Assembly: GCA_038087875.1 (NCBI GenBank)
Contig: JAXLNO010000173.1
Location: forward strand, 310,001 to 367,127
Length of the DNA stretch: 57,127 nucleotides
DNA from: Malacoraja senta
Lineage: Eukaryota
Direction of reading: 5' to 3'
The translations under genes and the position numbers were made by a program. The notes beneath the pieces are model-generated. The model saw only the letters and a program-made list of their open reading frames with translations. It was not told the origin of the DNA and did not search any database. This document shows, piece by piece, positions 25,970 to 37,900 of the stretch (the first letter of the stretch is position 1; each line of letters begins with the position of its first letter).

Positions 25970-26124
25970 AGCGGACTCCGCAGATTCTCCCCGATCCTGC
26001 TTTCCCGGCTGCCTGCTCTACAAACAGCAATGACCAACTTCACTGCGGCACATTCACTGTTCCTGCCCTTGCAGCACCCATTGGGGTCGATGATTCGTTT
26101 CCATGTTTAACATCAGAGCCATGA
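25970..26124 (+). CDS. SRCR receptor: last coding exon (ERTPQILPDP..LTSEP*)
   Basis: Pyrimidine-rich ..cccgcAG acceptor, open in phase 1 to TGA at 26122-26124; donor GCG|GTAAGG at 26129. Confidence 0.7.
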
Positions 26125-26501
26125 AGGCGGTAAGGAAAACATTTCATTGTTTGCTTCCTCTGTCTGTATCCCGACACCAGCGATGTGTGGGTTGGGAGTT
26201 GTGCAATTCAGGATGCATTTCCCACCGAACAATGAGGACTATGGTGAAGTATCAGTGACGCTATACGAATTAAATTTATCAATGAGAACATTGCAGATAC
26301 TTGCGTTGAAAAAAAAAGTTACTTTTACATTGCCTCCACATGATGTCATGACGCCGGTATCTATTAATTTTCAGGAAATACTTTCCGTATGCTTAGACCA
26401 TGCATTGGTAATTTAGAGGCATAATGGAGACAATATTATCACGACTAGTTCTATTTAACTCCATTGTACATTTTAGCTTACGCAATGTTTTTATTCCTCA
26501 G

Positions 26502-27000
26502 GTACTTTCTTCCAACGCGAGTCCTGAAGTGATGAAAAAGGTTCTGCGTTTCATTGGACAGCACATACCTCTCACCTTTCCAACAACATGAACAAGCAGA
26601 TCTCCACTGCATTGCCTTCACTCGCTGTATAATCACAAACACACATATTGATTGGCTTTGAGATCACTGCATTTGATGTTTGTCCGAGAGCTTGCATGAA
26701 AACATTTTTATTCTGCTAATGCGCACGTGCAGGAAACTGACTGGATTTGTAGGAAACCCATGGAAGAGAGATCAAAGTTACATTTATTCAATGGTAAACA
26801 ATTTATCGGAATTTGTCTTTTTGCGCTTTTTCCAATATTCGGCATAATTGCTAAAGAGAGCACGAGAGATCAAATTAATGCAATCTCGGTTTTACCACAC
26901 CTTACATTGTTCTGGTTATGGTCAGTAATATCTTTTCATTCTCACCGTGTTTAATGGAAAGATCGAAAAACGTAATAAATACTTTGGATGATGTTTGATA
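26502..27000 (+). other. Probable non-coding terminal exon (3' UTR) with poly(A) signal
   Basis: Acceptor tttttattcctcAG ending 26501; AATAAA at 26974-26979 followed by GT/T-rich sequence. Confidence 0.5.
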
Positions 27001-27084
27001 TTAATGTGTTCTTATTTTGTCAAGAAACAAGTGTCTCAGAGAGACTGAAACAACACCCATTAGTTTTTTTTGTAATCTTAAAAC

Positions 27085-28520
27085 GAGAAGAGGACATTTC
27101 AGATGTCCTGGAGTGGAAGCATTATCTTGGGTACAATTGGAGAAGAGTTGGAGAGACTCAGAGTAAGAGATGGAGACCTTGCAAGAGGCGTGGGTGTAGG
27201 TGTAGTAAAGGTAGCTGTGAGAATCAATGGGTTTCCACTACGTGTCGGTGGATATTCTATTCTATCCCCTGTGATCGATCCAGAGATCTCAAGAGACTGG
27301 AGAGAGTTATCACAGATAGACCAAATGAAGTTTAGGGCTGGGTCGAAATTATTAGTGAAATTGACGCAATCAATCGGTCCCTGTGTACAGGAGGCAGCCC
27401 AGACACAACCATCGATGTAGCAGAGACATGTTTGGGGATTCTGCGGGTTATGTGTAGAGCAAAGAGCATTCGCTGTAATCAACGAAAGGACAGGCATAAA
27501 TGGGCCGATGCGAGTATACATGCTACACTTTTGACACGGGGAAAATAAGAGAAACCAAAAGAAAGCTTGTTGGGTGAGATATCCATCAGGTGGAGCAGAG
27601 GAAAAAGGCAAAAACTCTGCGGATCAGGCAGAATCCCCATGGAACATGGATAGGCGAGGTTTCAGATCGGTATCCTACTTCCGACTGATGGTAGTGGGTG
27701 AGTTGGGGAGCTATGGGGAGGAGGGACAGAGCAAATTCTGGCAGGTAATAGGCAGGTGATGGTGGAGGGTGGGGGTATTTTGCAGGCTGATATTTGGACA
27801 AAGGCCAGAGATGAAAAGACAGTTGTGAGACACAAGGATTGAAGAGTTATGAATTTAGAAGCTTGAGAAGGAATGTATATGGAAGGAGGGAGATATGCAT
27901 GCGAGTCCACGTCGGGCACGGGGGGGAGGGGGCAGGGGGGCAGGGGCGGATTGCCATTACCTAAATGTGGAGAATTTAATGTTCATACTGTAGGGATTCA
28001 AGCTGCACAATAATAATATGAGGTTCTGTTCCTCCAATTTGAGCGTGGCCTCTCTCTATCAATGGAGAAGGCCCAGGACAGAAAGGGCAGTATGGGGATT
28101 GCAAGGGGAGATAAAACCGTTAGTAACCGGGCGATCCAATAGGCCTTGGTCTCGACCCTGGAGCAGAATGTTAGCTGAGGGAATCTGATTGGTTATCTGT
28201 TCGCGGAAGAAACGGAAGCCCCGAGGCCTTCCTGATGGGGACTGGACCTGTAAAGGAACTGGACTATAACGACTGGGCAACGGGGAAACGGGTTGGAAGC
28301 TGTGGAGGCGTCACTGGTTCAGTGTCAATGGTGAGCATGGGTGTGTCTGAGATCTGACGCCTGGCCTGAGCACGCTAGAGATCAGTCTACCAGACTATGA
28401 TGGCACTTCCCTTGTCAGTGGGTTTGATGCTAATATTGGGAGTAGTATTGAGTAAGTCGAGAGCTGTGTGGGGTAGTGGAGAAATAGCGATGGTCGATGT
28501 TGTGGTGGCAGTAGGAGATC
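27085..28520 (-). mobile_element. Old Penelope-like element fragments (RT, endonuclease end, terminal repeat)
   Basis: CYIDGC..NFTNNFDPALNFIWSI (RT), LSVLGLLH (endonuclease end), IKPTDKGSA, and a degenerate terminal repeat at 27590-27690. Confidence 0.75.
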
Positions 28521-28974
28521 AAACAGTCGAGGGAGGTTGGACGTCATGCAGGGGTTGTCCAGGGGAGGAGTATTTGAGTCGGGAGAAGGGGGTCATCAGT
28601 GTGGCCAAAATAAATAGGCATGCCGGGGTAGACGATGCACGAAAAGCTCGACATCCTGGCGCCTCGGGACAGATCGAGGAGTTGGCGCATGGGATGCAAA
28701 TATATCGCCTCTGCTGAGGACTGCTATGTCAATGGGTCGTGAACAATTAATGTAAACAGCTCTATTGCAGATATAATGCTCGGGGAAGTTGACACGAGCC
28801 ATTAAAACTGATTAGCTGATTGGTGCTTGTCATTACAGGGGGGTCATTTTTTAATAATCTTCTCACTTATCGCGATTCTGGCAGTTTGTTCTATCGCGAT
28901 CTTCCCAAGACCTTAATAGTGAGATGTCGCCATCGTTATCAGGTGCGCCTTAAGGAGGCAAAGCAAAAAAACTC

Positions 28975-31900
28975 TGAGATAGACACAAAATGCTGGAGCA
29001 GCTCAGTGGGACAGGCAGCATCTCTGGATAGAAGGAATGGGTGACGTTTCGGATCGAGACCCTTCTTTGGACTTGTGTCAGTGACCATAACACAGTGACT
29101 ATAACAACCTCAATGGTTGTTCCACTTGGTCTTCCCCATCCCCCTCAAACCATGTTACCCCAGCTCTTCCCCACCCACACTATAGTCCTCATACCCCCTT
29201 CCTCCCTGACCACCCACCGCCTCGGCGTCAGTCCACTCACCTGCCTTCCTCCGGCCCCAACCCCCATCCTTGCCGTGTGTTCACCATCCCCCCTGACCTC
29301 CCCCTCTCGGATACGGAACGGTCTGTCCTCAGCAGAGGCCTCACCTTTGTTCCCCTCCGTCCCCACCTCAATGAGTTCCGCGTCCGCCACGATGTGGAGC
29401 TCTTCTTCCGTCGCCTCCGCATCAAAGCGTTTTTCCATGGGAAGGAGTCCTCGCCACCCAGTGATGACCCCTTCTCTCGTCTCCAACGGAACCCTTCTCT
29501 TGGACTCCCCTCATGGCCATCTACCGGCTTTAAACCTTTTTATTTTAAACTGCCGGCAGGACATCAGCCGCCTCAACTTCTCCACTCCCCTTTCGAACTC
29601 TAACCTCCCCCCCCCCCCATTCCCCAAGGACAGCCTTCCACTCACTCTGAACAACCCAGACTGGGTGATCAAAACTGCCGACAAGGGAGGTGCGTGGTAG
29701 TCTGGCGCGCTGATCTCTACAAGGCTGAGGCCACTTGCCAAATCTAAGACACCTCCTCCTACTTAGGGTTTCGGCCCGAAACGTTGCCTATTTCCTTCGC
29801 TCCATAGATGCTGCTGCACCCGCTGAGTTTCTCCAGCATTTTTGTGTGCCTTCCTCCTACTTAACCTTGGACCATGACCCCACAGACGAGCACCAGGCCA
29901 CTATCACTGACTTCATCACTTCCGGCTTCCTACCCTCCCAAGCCTCCAACCTCATCGTTCCGCAGCCCCGCATGGCCCGATTTTACCTTCTCCCCAAAAT
30001 CCACAAACCTGACTGTCCTGGCAGACCCATTGTTTCGGCCTATTCGTGCCCCACCGAACATATTTCCACATACCTCGACTCCATCCATCCCACTTGGTTA
30101 AATCCCTCCCTACGTATGTTCAAGATACCTCACACGCTCTTTGTCTTGACTTCCATTTTCTAGGCCCCCATTCCCTCATCTTCACCATGGATGTCCAGTC
30201 ACTCTACACCTCCATCTCCCACCAGGAGGGTCTTAAAGCCCTCCATTTCTTCCTCGACTGCAGAACCAACCAATCCCCATCTACTGATACTCTCCTCCGC
30301 CTAGCGGAGCTGGTCCTTATCCTCAACAACTTTTCGTTTAACTCCTCCCATTTCCTCCAAATCCAAGGCGTAGCTATGGGCACGCGCATGGGCCCAAGCT
30401 ATGCCTGCCTCTTTGTAGGGTATGTCGAACAATCCTTGTTCGAGGCGTACCATGGCCCTATCCCTGAACTCTACCTCCGCTACATCGACGACTGCATTGG
30501 TGCTACCTCCAGCATCCATACAGAACTGACTGACTTCATTCAATTCACCACTAACTTCCATCTGGCACTCAAATACACCTGGACAATTTCCAACATCTAC
30601 CTACAGTTTCTAGACCTCACTATCTCCATCGCAGGTGACAGAATACTGACCGACATCTACTATAAACCCACTGACTCACATGGCTATCTAGACTACTCTT
30701 CTTCCCACCCTGTTTCCTGTAAGTACTCCACCCCCCACTCCCAATAGCTCCGTCTATGCCGCATCTGCACCCAGGATGAGGTGTTCCACACCAGGGCATC
30801 AGAGTTGTCCTCATTCTTTAGGGAACAGGGAATCCCCTCTTCTACTATAGATGAGGCGGCTCTCACCAGGGTCTCTTCTATACCCCGTAACTCTGCTCTC
30901 ACTCCCCATCCCCCCACTTGTAACAAGGGCAAAGTCCCCCTCAGAAACATAGATACATAGAAAATAGGTGCAGGAGGAGGCCATTCGGCACTTCGAGCCA
31001 GCACCGCCATTCATTATGATCATGGCTGATCGTCCCCTATCAATAACCCGTGCCTGCCTTCTCCACATATCCCTTGACTCCACTAGCCCCTAGAGCTCTA
31101 TCTAACTCTCTCTTAAATCCATCCAGTGATTTGGCCTCCACTGCCCTCTGTGGCAGGGAATTCCATAAATTCACATCGTCTGGGTGAAAACGTTTTTTCT
31201 CACCTCAGTCTTAAATGACCTCCCCTTTATTCTAAGACTGTGGCCCCTGGTTCTGGACTCGCCCAACATTGGGAACATTTTTCCTGCATCTAGCTTGTCC
31301 AGTCATTTTTATAATTTTATATGTTTCTGTAAGATTCCCCCTCATCCTTCTAAACTCGTGAATACAAGCCTAGTCTTTTCAATCTTTCCTCAAATGACAG
31401 CCCCGCCATCCCAGGGATCAATCTCATGAACCTATGCTGCACTGCCTCAATCACAAGGATGTTCTTCCTCAAAATTAGGAGACCAAAACTGTACACAATA
31501 CTCCATAGTCTGAAGAAGGGTTTCGGCCTGAAACATTGCCTATTTCCTTCGCTCCATAGATGCTGCTGCACCCGCTGAGTTTCTCCAGCATTTTTGTGTA
31601 CCTTTGATTTTCTAGCATCTGCAGTTCCTTCTTTAACACAATACTCCAGATGTGGTCACACCAGAGCCCTATACAACTGCAGAAGAACCTCTTTACTCCT
31701 ATACTGAATTCCTCTTGTTATGAAGACCAACAATCCATTAGCTTTCTTCACTGCCTGCTGTACTTGTAAGCCAACTTCCAGTGACCGGTGTACACATTGA
31801 CCTTGTCCTCACCTTCCACCCTACCAGCCGTCACATACAACAAATAATCCTCCGTCATTTTCGCCACCTCCAACAGGATCCCACCACTGGCCACATCTTC

Positions 31901-32545
31901 CCATCTCCTCTCCTTTCGGCTTTCCGCAGAGACCGCTCCCTCCGTAACTCCCTGGTCAATTTGTCCCTTCCCACCCAAACCACCCCCTCTCCTGGCGCTT
32001 TCCCTTGCAACCACAGGAAATGCTAAACTTGTCACTTTACCTCCCCCCTTGACTCCATCCAAGGACCCAAGCAGTTAGGTGAGACCAAGCGTAGGCTTGG
32101 CGATCACTTCGCCCAACACCTCTGTTCTGTTCGCAATGACCAACATGATCTCCCGGTGGCTCAGCACTTCAACTCCCCCTCCCATTCCGAATCCGACCTT
32201 TCTGTCCTGGGCCTCCTCCATGGCCAGAGTGAGTCCCACCGTAAATTGGAGGAGCAGCACCTCATATTTCGCTTGGGTAGTTTACACCCCAGCGGTATGA
32301 ACATTGACTTCTCCAATTTTAGGTAATCCCTGCTTTCTCCTTCTTTCCCCTCCCCTTCCCATCTCTCCCGGCCCACTGTCTCCGCCTCTTCCTTTCATCT
32401 TCCCGCCCCTCCCACCCCCACATCAGTCTGAAGAAGGATCGTCGCCTATTTCCTTCGCTCCATAGATGCTGCCTCACCCGCTGAGTTTCTCCAGCATGTT
32501 TGTCTACCTTCGATTTTCCAGCATCTGCAGTTCCTTCTTAAACAT
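28975..32545 (+). mobile_element. Penelope-like element (Neptune type), near full-length but decayed, with inverted 5' terminal repeat; interrupted by a short element (29766-29851) and a CR1 (30941-31800)
   Basis: LSRGLTFVP, IKTADKGG, FYLLPKIHKP..GRPIVS, MDVQSLYT, GVAMGTRMGPSYA, YLRYIDD, CNHRKC linker, RLGDHFAQH, and 3' terminal repeat at 32420-32545. Confidence 0.92.
30941..31800 (-). mobile_element. CR1 LINE 3' part inserted in the Penelope element; itself carries a short hammerhead element at 31506-31635
   Basis: (ACATAGAA) tail, RLIPGMAGLSFEERLKRLGLYS. Inner TSD ACACAATACTCCA at 31493-31505 and 31636-31648. Confidence 0.9.
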
Positions 32546-33329
32546 AACACATAACAATATCCCATGCGCAGTCTGTCAGTTACATCTCTTCTGATTGTTC
32601 TCACTTCGGTGTCCACAAGGGCCAGTAAATCGCCGTTGTTGCTTCCTCTTTTGCAAACAGTCACCGCCACTCATGTTTCCCTGTCTGATTTACACATTTC
32701 ATAACCCTGTGTAGATAACTCTCAACTCTCTCTAGATTCCCACTTCCAAGACAACTGTTGAAAAACCTTTGATCTTCCTCGTATTACGGACCAACATTCT
32801 GGTCAGCACCCAACCCTCGTGCGGGGATACAAACAATACTCGTTTTTGCGGACACTCCCATGGCGTTCGTAACGATATAGCGGTAAAAGTGTAAAGATTT
32901 CAAAGGTCTTTTATTGTCACATGTACCAATTAAGATACAGCGATATGCGAATTACCATACAGCCATACGAAAAAAAGAGCAACAAGACACACAACTATAT
33001 AAAAGTTAACATAAACATCCACCACATCGGATTTCCCACATTTCTCACTGTGATTGAAGGCAGAAAAGTCCAATCTACTTCCCCTTTAATGATGGGTGTC
33101 ATCGTATTCACAACCATATGATATGATCCCGCGTAAACCCGCTCCTCACTTGCCCGAAGCTCCTTTTCTCCCTTTCAGTCCCCGATCAGCTGAATTTTAA
33201 TCCGCCAACCCCCCTCCCCCACCTCAAATGCCAGAGCCTTCCAGATCCTCGCCACTGGCGAATTGTAAACAACCCCTGACAGAAAGCTTCAGATGCTGGA
33301 AATGTAAAAAGTACAGTCCTTTTGTATTC

Positions 33330-33556
33330 ACACTTGCATCCTACAGACTAGGGGCAATTTACGGAAAATATAAACCCACAAACCTGCAAGTCTTTGGAGT
33401 GTGAAAGGAAATGTTTCTGTTTCTGTTTCTATGAAATGGCGCGAACCCGGAGAAATCCCACGCGGCCACCGGGAGAACGTACAAACTCCGCACAGACAGC
33501 ACCCGGAGACAGGATCCAACCCGACGTTGTGAGGCAGCAGCTCTACCGCTGCGCCT
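33330..33556 (-). mobile_element. V-SINE
   Basis: Reverse complement GGCGCAGCGGTAGAGCTGCTGCCTCACA..GTGCTGTCTGTGCGGAGTTTGTACGTTCTCCC. Confidence 0.8.
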
Positions 33557-34107
33557 GTGGACAGCCCCATGGCAGGAGTAACCGAGTTGATTTTTGAGGT
33601 GGAAGACCATTGTCAGAAGTTGGAAGGAGTGAAAAGATTCCCGTTAGGCTGCAGCGTGGACAGGACGAAAATGTTCCCACATTTCACTTTAGTTTCCTTT
33701 GCCATTCGTTTTATTTCATTTCCTTCCGGATTGTTTTAACTTTTCTCTAGTGGCTTGTCGTTCTGTTTTATCCACATGCCCTTGAGGCTTCCTGATTGTT
33801 ATGTTGGTTTCGGACGTTGGCATCCCGTTCACATTTGAACAGCTTCCTCTTCAACCTTTCTATGTGAATAAAATGTTGCACTTGGAATCACTCCAGTAAA
33901 TCTACTTTGAAAACTTATCTAAGCCATTAACACACTTCCTGAACTTCGGCGTGCGGGACAGAGCCAATACTATAGTTGTGGCCGATCAACAGTTTTATTA
34001 CGCGTGACAATAATCGCATGGACCTGCTGCACATTTATGCCTTGGCAGAAGTGTTTATAGGTTTGTGACGCGCTGTCGGAGTAGGCTCGGTGAGTAACTG
34101 CAATTCA

Positions 34108-35170
34108 ATATGTTGTTGTACAAAAGGGATGGGTTACACCTTAACTGGAGGGGGACCAACGTTCTGACAGGCAGGTTTGCTCGTGCTACACGTGTGGGTT
34201 TAAACCAAATAATGGGGGGGGGGGGGGGGTTGACAAATTGGGAATATAAAGATGGAGTTAATGGGGAAGTGAGTGGGGAAAAGTTACAAAAGACTCCCCA
34301 ATTAATGGGAAGGAATGTTCGAGAAAGGATAAGAGAGTAAGGTCAGGGCCAATAGTGACCGGTGTGAGAGGGGAGGTGAATACCAAAGTCAAAGTGTTGT
34401 ATATAAACGCGCTAAGTATAAGAAATAAAGCTGATGAGCTTGAGGCTCAGTTAGAGTTTGGCAAGTATGATTTTGTGGGAATTACAGAGACATGGCTGCA
34501 AGATGGCCAGGGCAGGGAAATGGAATATTCAAGGGTATACGTCCTATCGAAAAGACAGACAGGTGGGCAAATGGGGTGGGGTAGCTCTGTTGATGAGGAA
34601 TGAAATTCAGTCCCATGCAAGGGGTGACATTGAAACAAGAGATGTGGGATCAGTATGGATAGAACTAAGGAATTGTAATGGTAAAATACCCTAATAGGAC
34701 TTATCTACAGGCCCACAGACAATAGCCTGGATATAGGGTGCAAGTTGAATCAAGAGTTAAGATTGACATGTTGTAAAGGTAATGCTACGGTTGTTTTGGG
34801 TGGTTTCAACATGCAGGTAGACTGCAAAAATCAGGTTTGTACTGGACTCCAAGAAAGGGAGTTTGTGGAGTGCCTTGCGATGTAAGGGAGTAACTTTACC
34901 TCCTCCCCTTGTTGAGGTTAATGTGAAAAATCTCATAGCACCAGTACCTCAGAATAAAAGGACGTGCCTTTAGGATGAAGATGAGGAGGAATGTGTTTAG
35001 TCAGCCGGGTGGTGAATCTGCGGAATTCATTGTAATGGTGTCAAAGGTTGTGGGGGAAAGCGGGGGATTAGGGTTGAGAGGGAAAGATAGATATTCCACG
35101 ATTGGATGGCAGGGTAGACTCGATGGGCCGAATGGCCTATTTCTGCTCCAATTACTTCTGAACCATTAAA
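34108..35170 (+). mobile_element. CR1 LINE fragments: ORF1 esterase end, ORF2 endonuclease start, 3' end
   Basis: YKRDGLHLNWRGTNVL; YINALSIRNKADEL..GITETWL; GGGVALL-like; internal deletion joining to the 3' UTR. Confidence 0.85.
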
Positions 35171-35327
35171 AGGCTAAAGGAAGGAACGCAATGAGGTGGG
35201 GGGGAGAAAAAAGAGGTACCTGGCGCGGGGAACTTCGTAACTTTGGAAGCGCCCTTCATGGGCCACTATTTGCATACATTGGGTATGCAAGAATTGCACT
35301 GCGACTTGTCACATGTGACAATGAAGT

Positions 35328-35392
35328 ATTCATTCATTCATTCATTCATTCATTCATTCATTCATTCATTCATTCATTCATTCATTCATTCA
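35328..35392 (+). repeat. (ATTC)n microsatellite, probable LINE tail
   Basis: Direct reading; follows a LINE-like 3' UTR. Confidence 0.9.
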
Positions 35393-35415
35393 CTTTCAAA
35401 TATGCATTTACCAAA

Positions 35416-35506
35416 GCTAGACACAAAATGCTGGAGTAACTCAGCGGGTGAGGCAGCATCTCTGGAGAAAAGGAATGGGCGACATTTCGGGTCGAGACCC
35501 TTCTCT
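35416..35506 (-). mobile_element. Short Penelope-derived element
   Basis: TSD TATGCATTTACCAAA at 35401-35415 and 35507-35521. Confidence 0.85.
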
Positions 35507-36259
35507 TATGCATTTACCAAAACCGTTCTCAGCGAACTAAGTATTGACCATTTACATTGTTTACAGTTATATACATGAATGAGTGAATGCATGGATAAAT
35601 GAATGAATGAATACGTTTTTGGCCAAGTATTCACAGACAAGGAATTTGCCTTGGTGCTCCGCCCGCAAGTGACAACGTGACATACAGTGACAGTTAGGAA
35701 TGACACATAAAACATTAAACATTAATAATCAAACATTATCGATTAAACATGTGAATTAAATAAAATACCAGAGCAAAAGGAGGCTACAGACATTTGGTTA
35801 AACATAATTCTAGATGTGGTCTTACCAGAACAATTTATAATTGGAACACACCATTTTGCCCAGGTTATTCAAATTTCCCACCAATAGATGCCTGGCTGTT
35901 TGCAAAATCAGCGCGACAACGTTCGGTGTTTCATGTGCCGAGATACTCAGGCCCTCACTAACACCTTTGTCATTCAATTTCTCTTTATTATTTGTCCTAG
36001 ATGACATTATTGATGGTTCATCCAGTGAGGATGTATGAGCGGGTGAGAAATTAAAAGGGAATGATCACCATGTGGGGAACGTAGTTTTTGACCCCAAATA
36101 GTCAACGGGAATTGGAACCGTTAATATGCCGGGAGATTGCAGGCAGGTGCAGAGTTGTCACAGTTTGGGGATATTTACTTTCCCAATATAGACTGGGACT
36201 AGCATAGCCATAGAGTCATGTCATAGAGCACGGAAACAGGCCCTTCGGCCCAACTCATG

Positions 36260-37426
36260 AAGCTTTGCTCGACGTTGGTACCTTGATTGGTCTGACAGCT
36301 TTTGCTTCCTCATCCAGGTTTTGCCTGTTGAATAGGTCTTACCTGAATAGAAGATTCGGCGGCTGGCTCTAATGCGGCACTTGTAGCGTGAGGGGAACTC
36401 TGGCCCCTTCCGCGTATTCTGCCAACGGCTGGTAACCAACTCTTCTAGCAGCAACACCTTCGGTTGTGAGGATTCTCTTGAAGCCAAACGCATGTGCTCC
36501 AGTATGTTCCACGGACATACTTTAGAATTTGAAGCCAGTTACATACTGACCACTCGCACTCCCCTCCTCAGAGAGGGCGATTCGTAGGCAGCCCTGAAAC
36601 CGGTGCTGCCGCAGGCCCCTGAAGATACCTGCGCTGATATGGCCCTTCCAACGGACCTATACCAGGATGTAACATTTTGTCCCTGATTCTGTTGGGATGG
36701 CAAACCTTGCTGCCAGGAATGGTACCTCTGACTCGTGCTCTTCATCCCTTGGTGTATGCTCCACGGCTAAACCCACAGACTCAGCGGCAGAATAATACTG
36801 GCCCCGCATGCTCTCCTCCTCCAAGAGGGAGACATTAAGCAGCCCTGAAACAGGTGCCGCTGGCACGGGCTCTCGAAGAGGCCGGCGCTGACACAACTCC
36901 TCCTGTTGGAGTGTATCTTGTTGGAGCATCCTCTCCATTAGGAGCTCCATCCTGGACAACCGTCCAAATATGTTATCCATTAACGGAGGGGAATCCTCCC
37001 GGCCCGACTCATCCGAGTCCATAGGCCTGACCAACTTATTGTTGGCTTTACCCCATGTCCTGGGAACCACAGCGGTCTGGGAGCCGCTGACCGCATTGTC
37101 AGCGACTGGAGTAGCGAACCTGACGTCCGCCGGCTATCCACACTTCCGCGGTCGGGACCAGAGTCTCCCCACATCCCATAGCCGGTTTCCCCGCGGCTCG
37201 CCGGACTTCGCGACAATATCCAGCAGGAAACCTCTGTAAGAAAAGGTTCCTGCAAGAAAAACAGAACCTGGTAAGAAATACAAAACTTACCTGGAGGGTT
37301 TAAACTTACTGCTGGCAGGAGCGACGCGCCTGCCAGTCCGATGCTTCACCATGCGACAGATGTAATGACGCGCATGCGGGCTGGCGGGTTCTTCACGGAA
37401 TCACTCACGTGACTCTGAAGTAAAAT
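36260..37426 (-). mobile_element. DIRS-type retrotransposon 5' fragment (left terminal repeat plus gag-like ORF remnants)
   Basis: Terminus TTCACGGAATCACTCACGTGACTCTGAAGTAAAA matches the internal complementary region of the DIRS end at 49780-49810; low-complexity gag-like ORFs at 36221-37255. Confidence 0.65.
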
Positions 37427-37900
37427 CCCCTGTTTATTCTCTCTCCCTCCTTTGTTAAAAAGTGGGATAACATTAGCTGCCCTCCAATGCACAGGAACTG
37501 ATCCTGAATCTATGGAACATTGGAAAATGATCACCAATGCGTCCACGATTTCTAGAGGCACTGCCTTAAGTACCCTGGGATGCATACCATCAGGCCCTGG
37601 GGATTTATCAGCCTTCAGTCCCAGGAGTCTACCCATTAGCATTTCCTGCCTAATGTGAATTTCCTTCAGTTCCTCCGTCACCCTAAGTCCTCTGTCCACT
37701 AGTACATCTGGGAGATTGTTTGTGTCTTCCTTAATGAAGACAGATCCAAAGTACCTGTTCAACTCGTCTGCCATTTCCTTGTTCGCCATAATAAATTCAC
37801 CTGTTTCTATCCTCAACGGACCCACATTTGCCTTATCTAATTTTCTCCTCTTCACAGACCTAAAGAAGCTTTTACTATCCTCCTTTATATTCTTGGCTAA
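37427..37900 (-). mobile_element. CR1 ORF2 internal fragment
   Basis: KSFFRSVK..EMADELNRYFGSVF..KSPGPDGMHPRVLK..WRAANVIPLFNKG. Confidence 0.9.
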
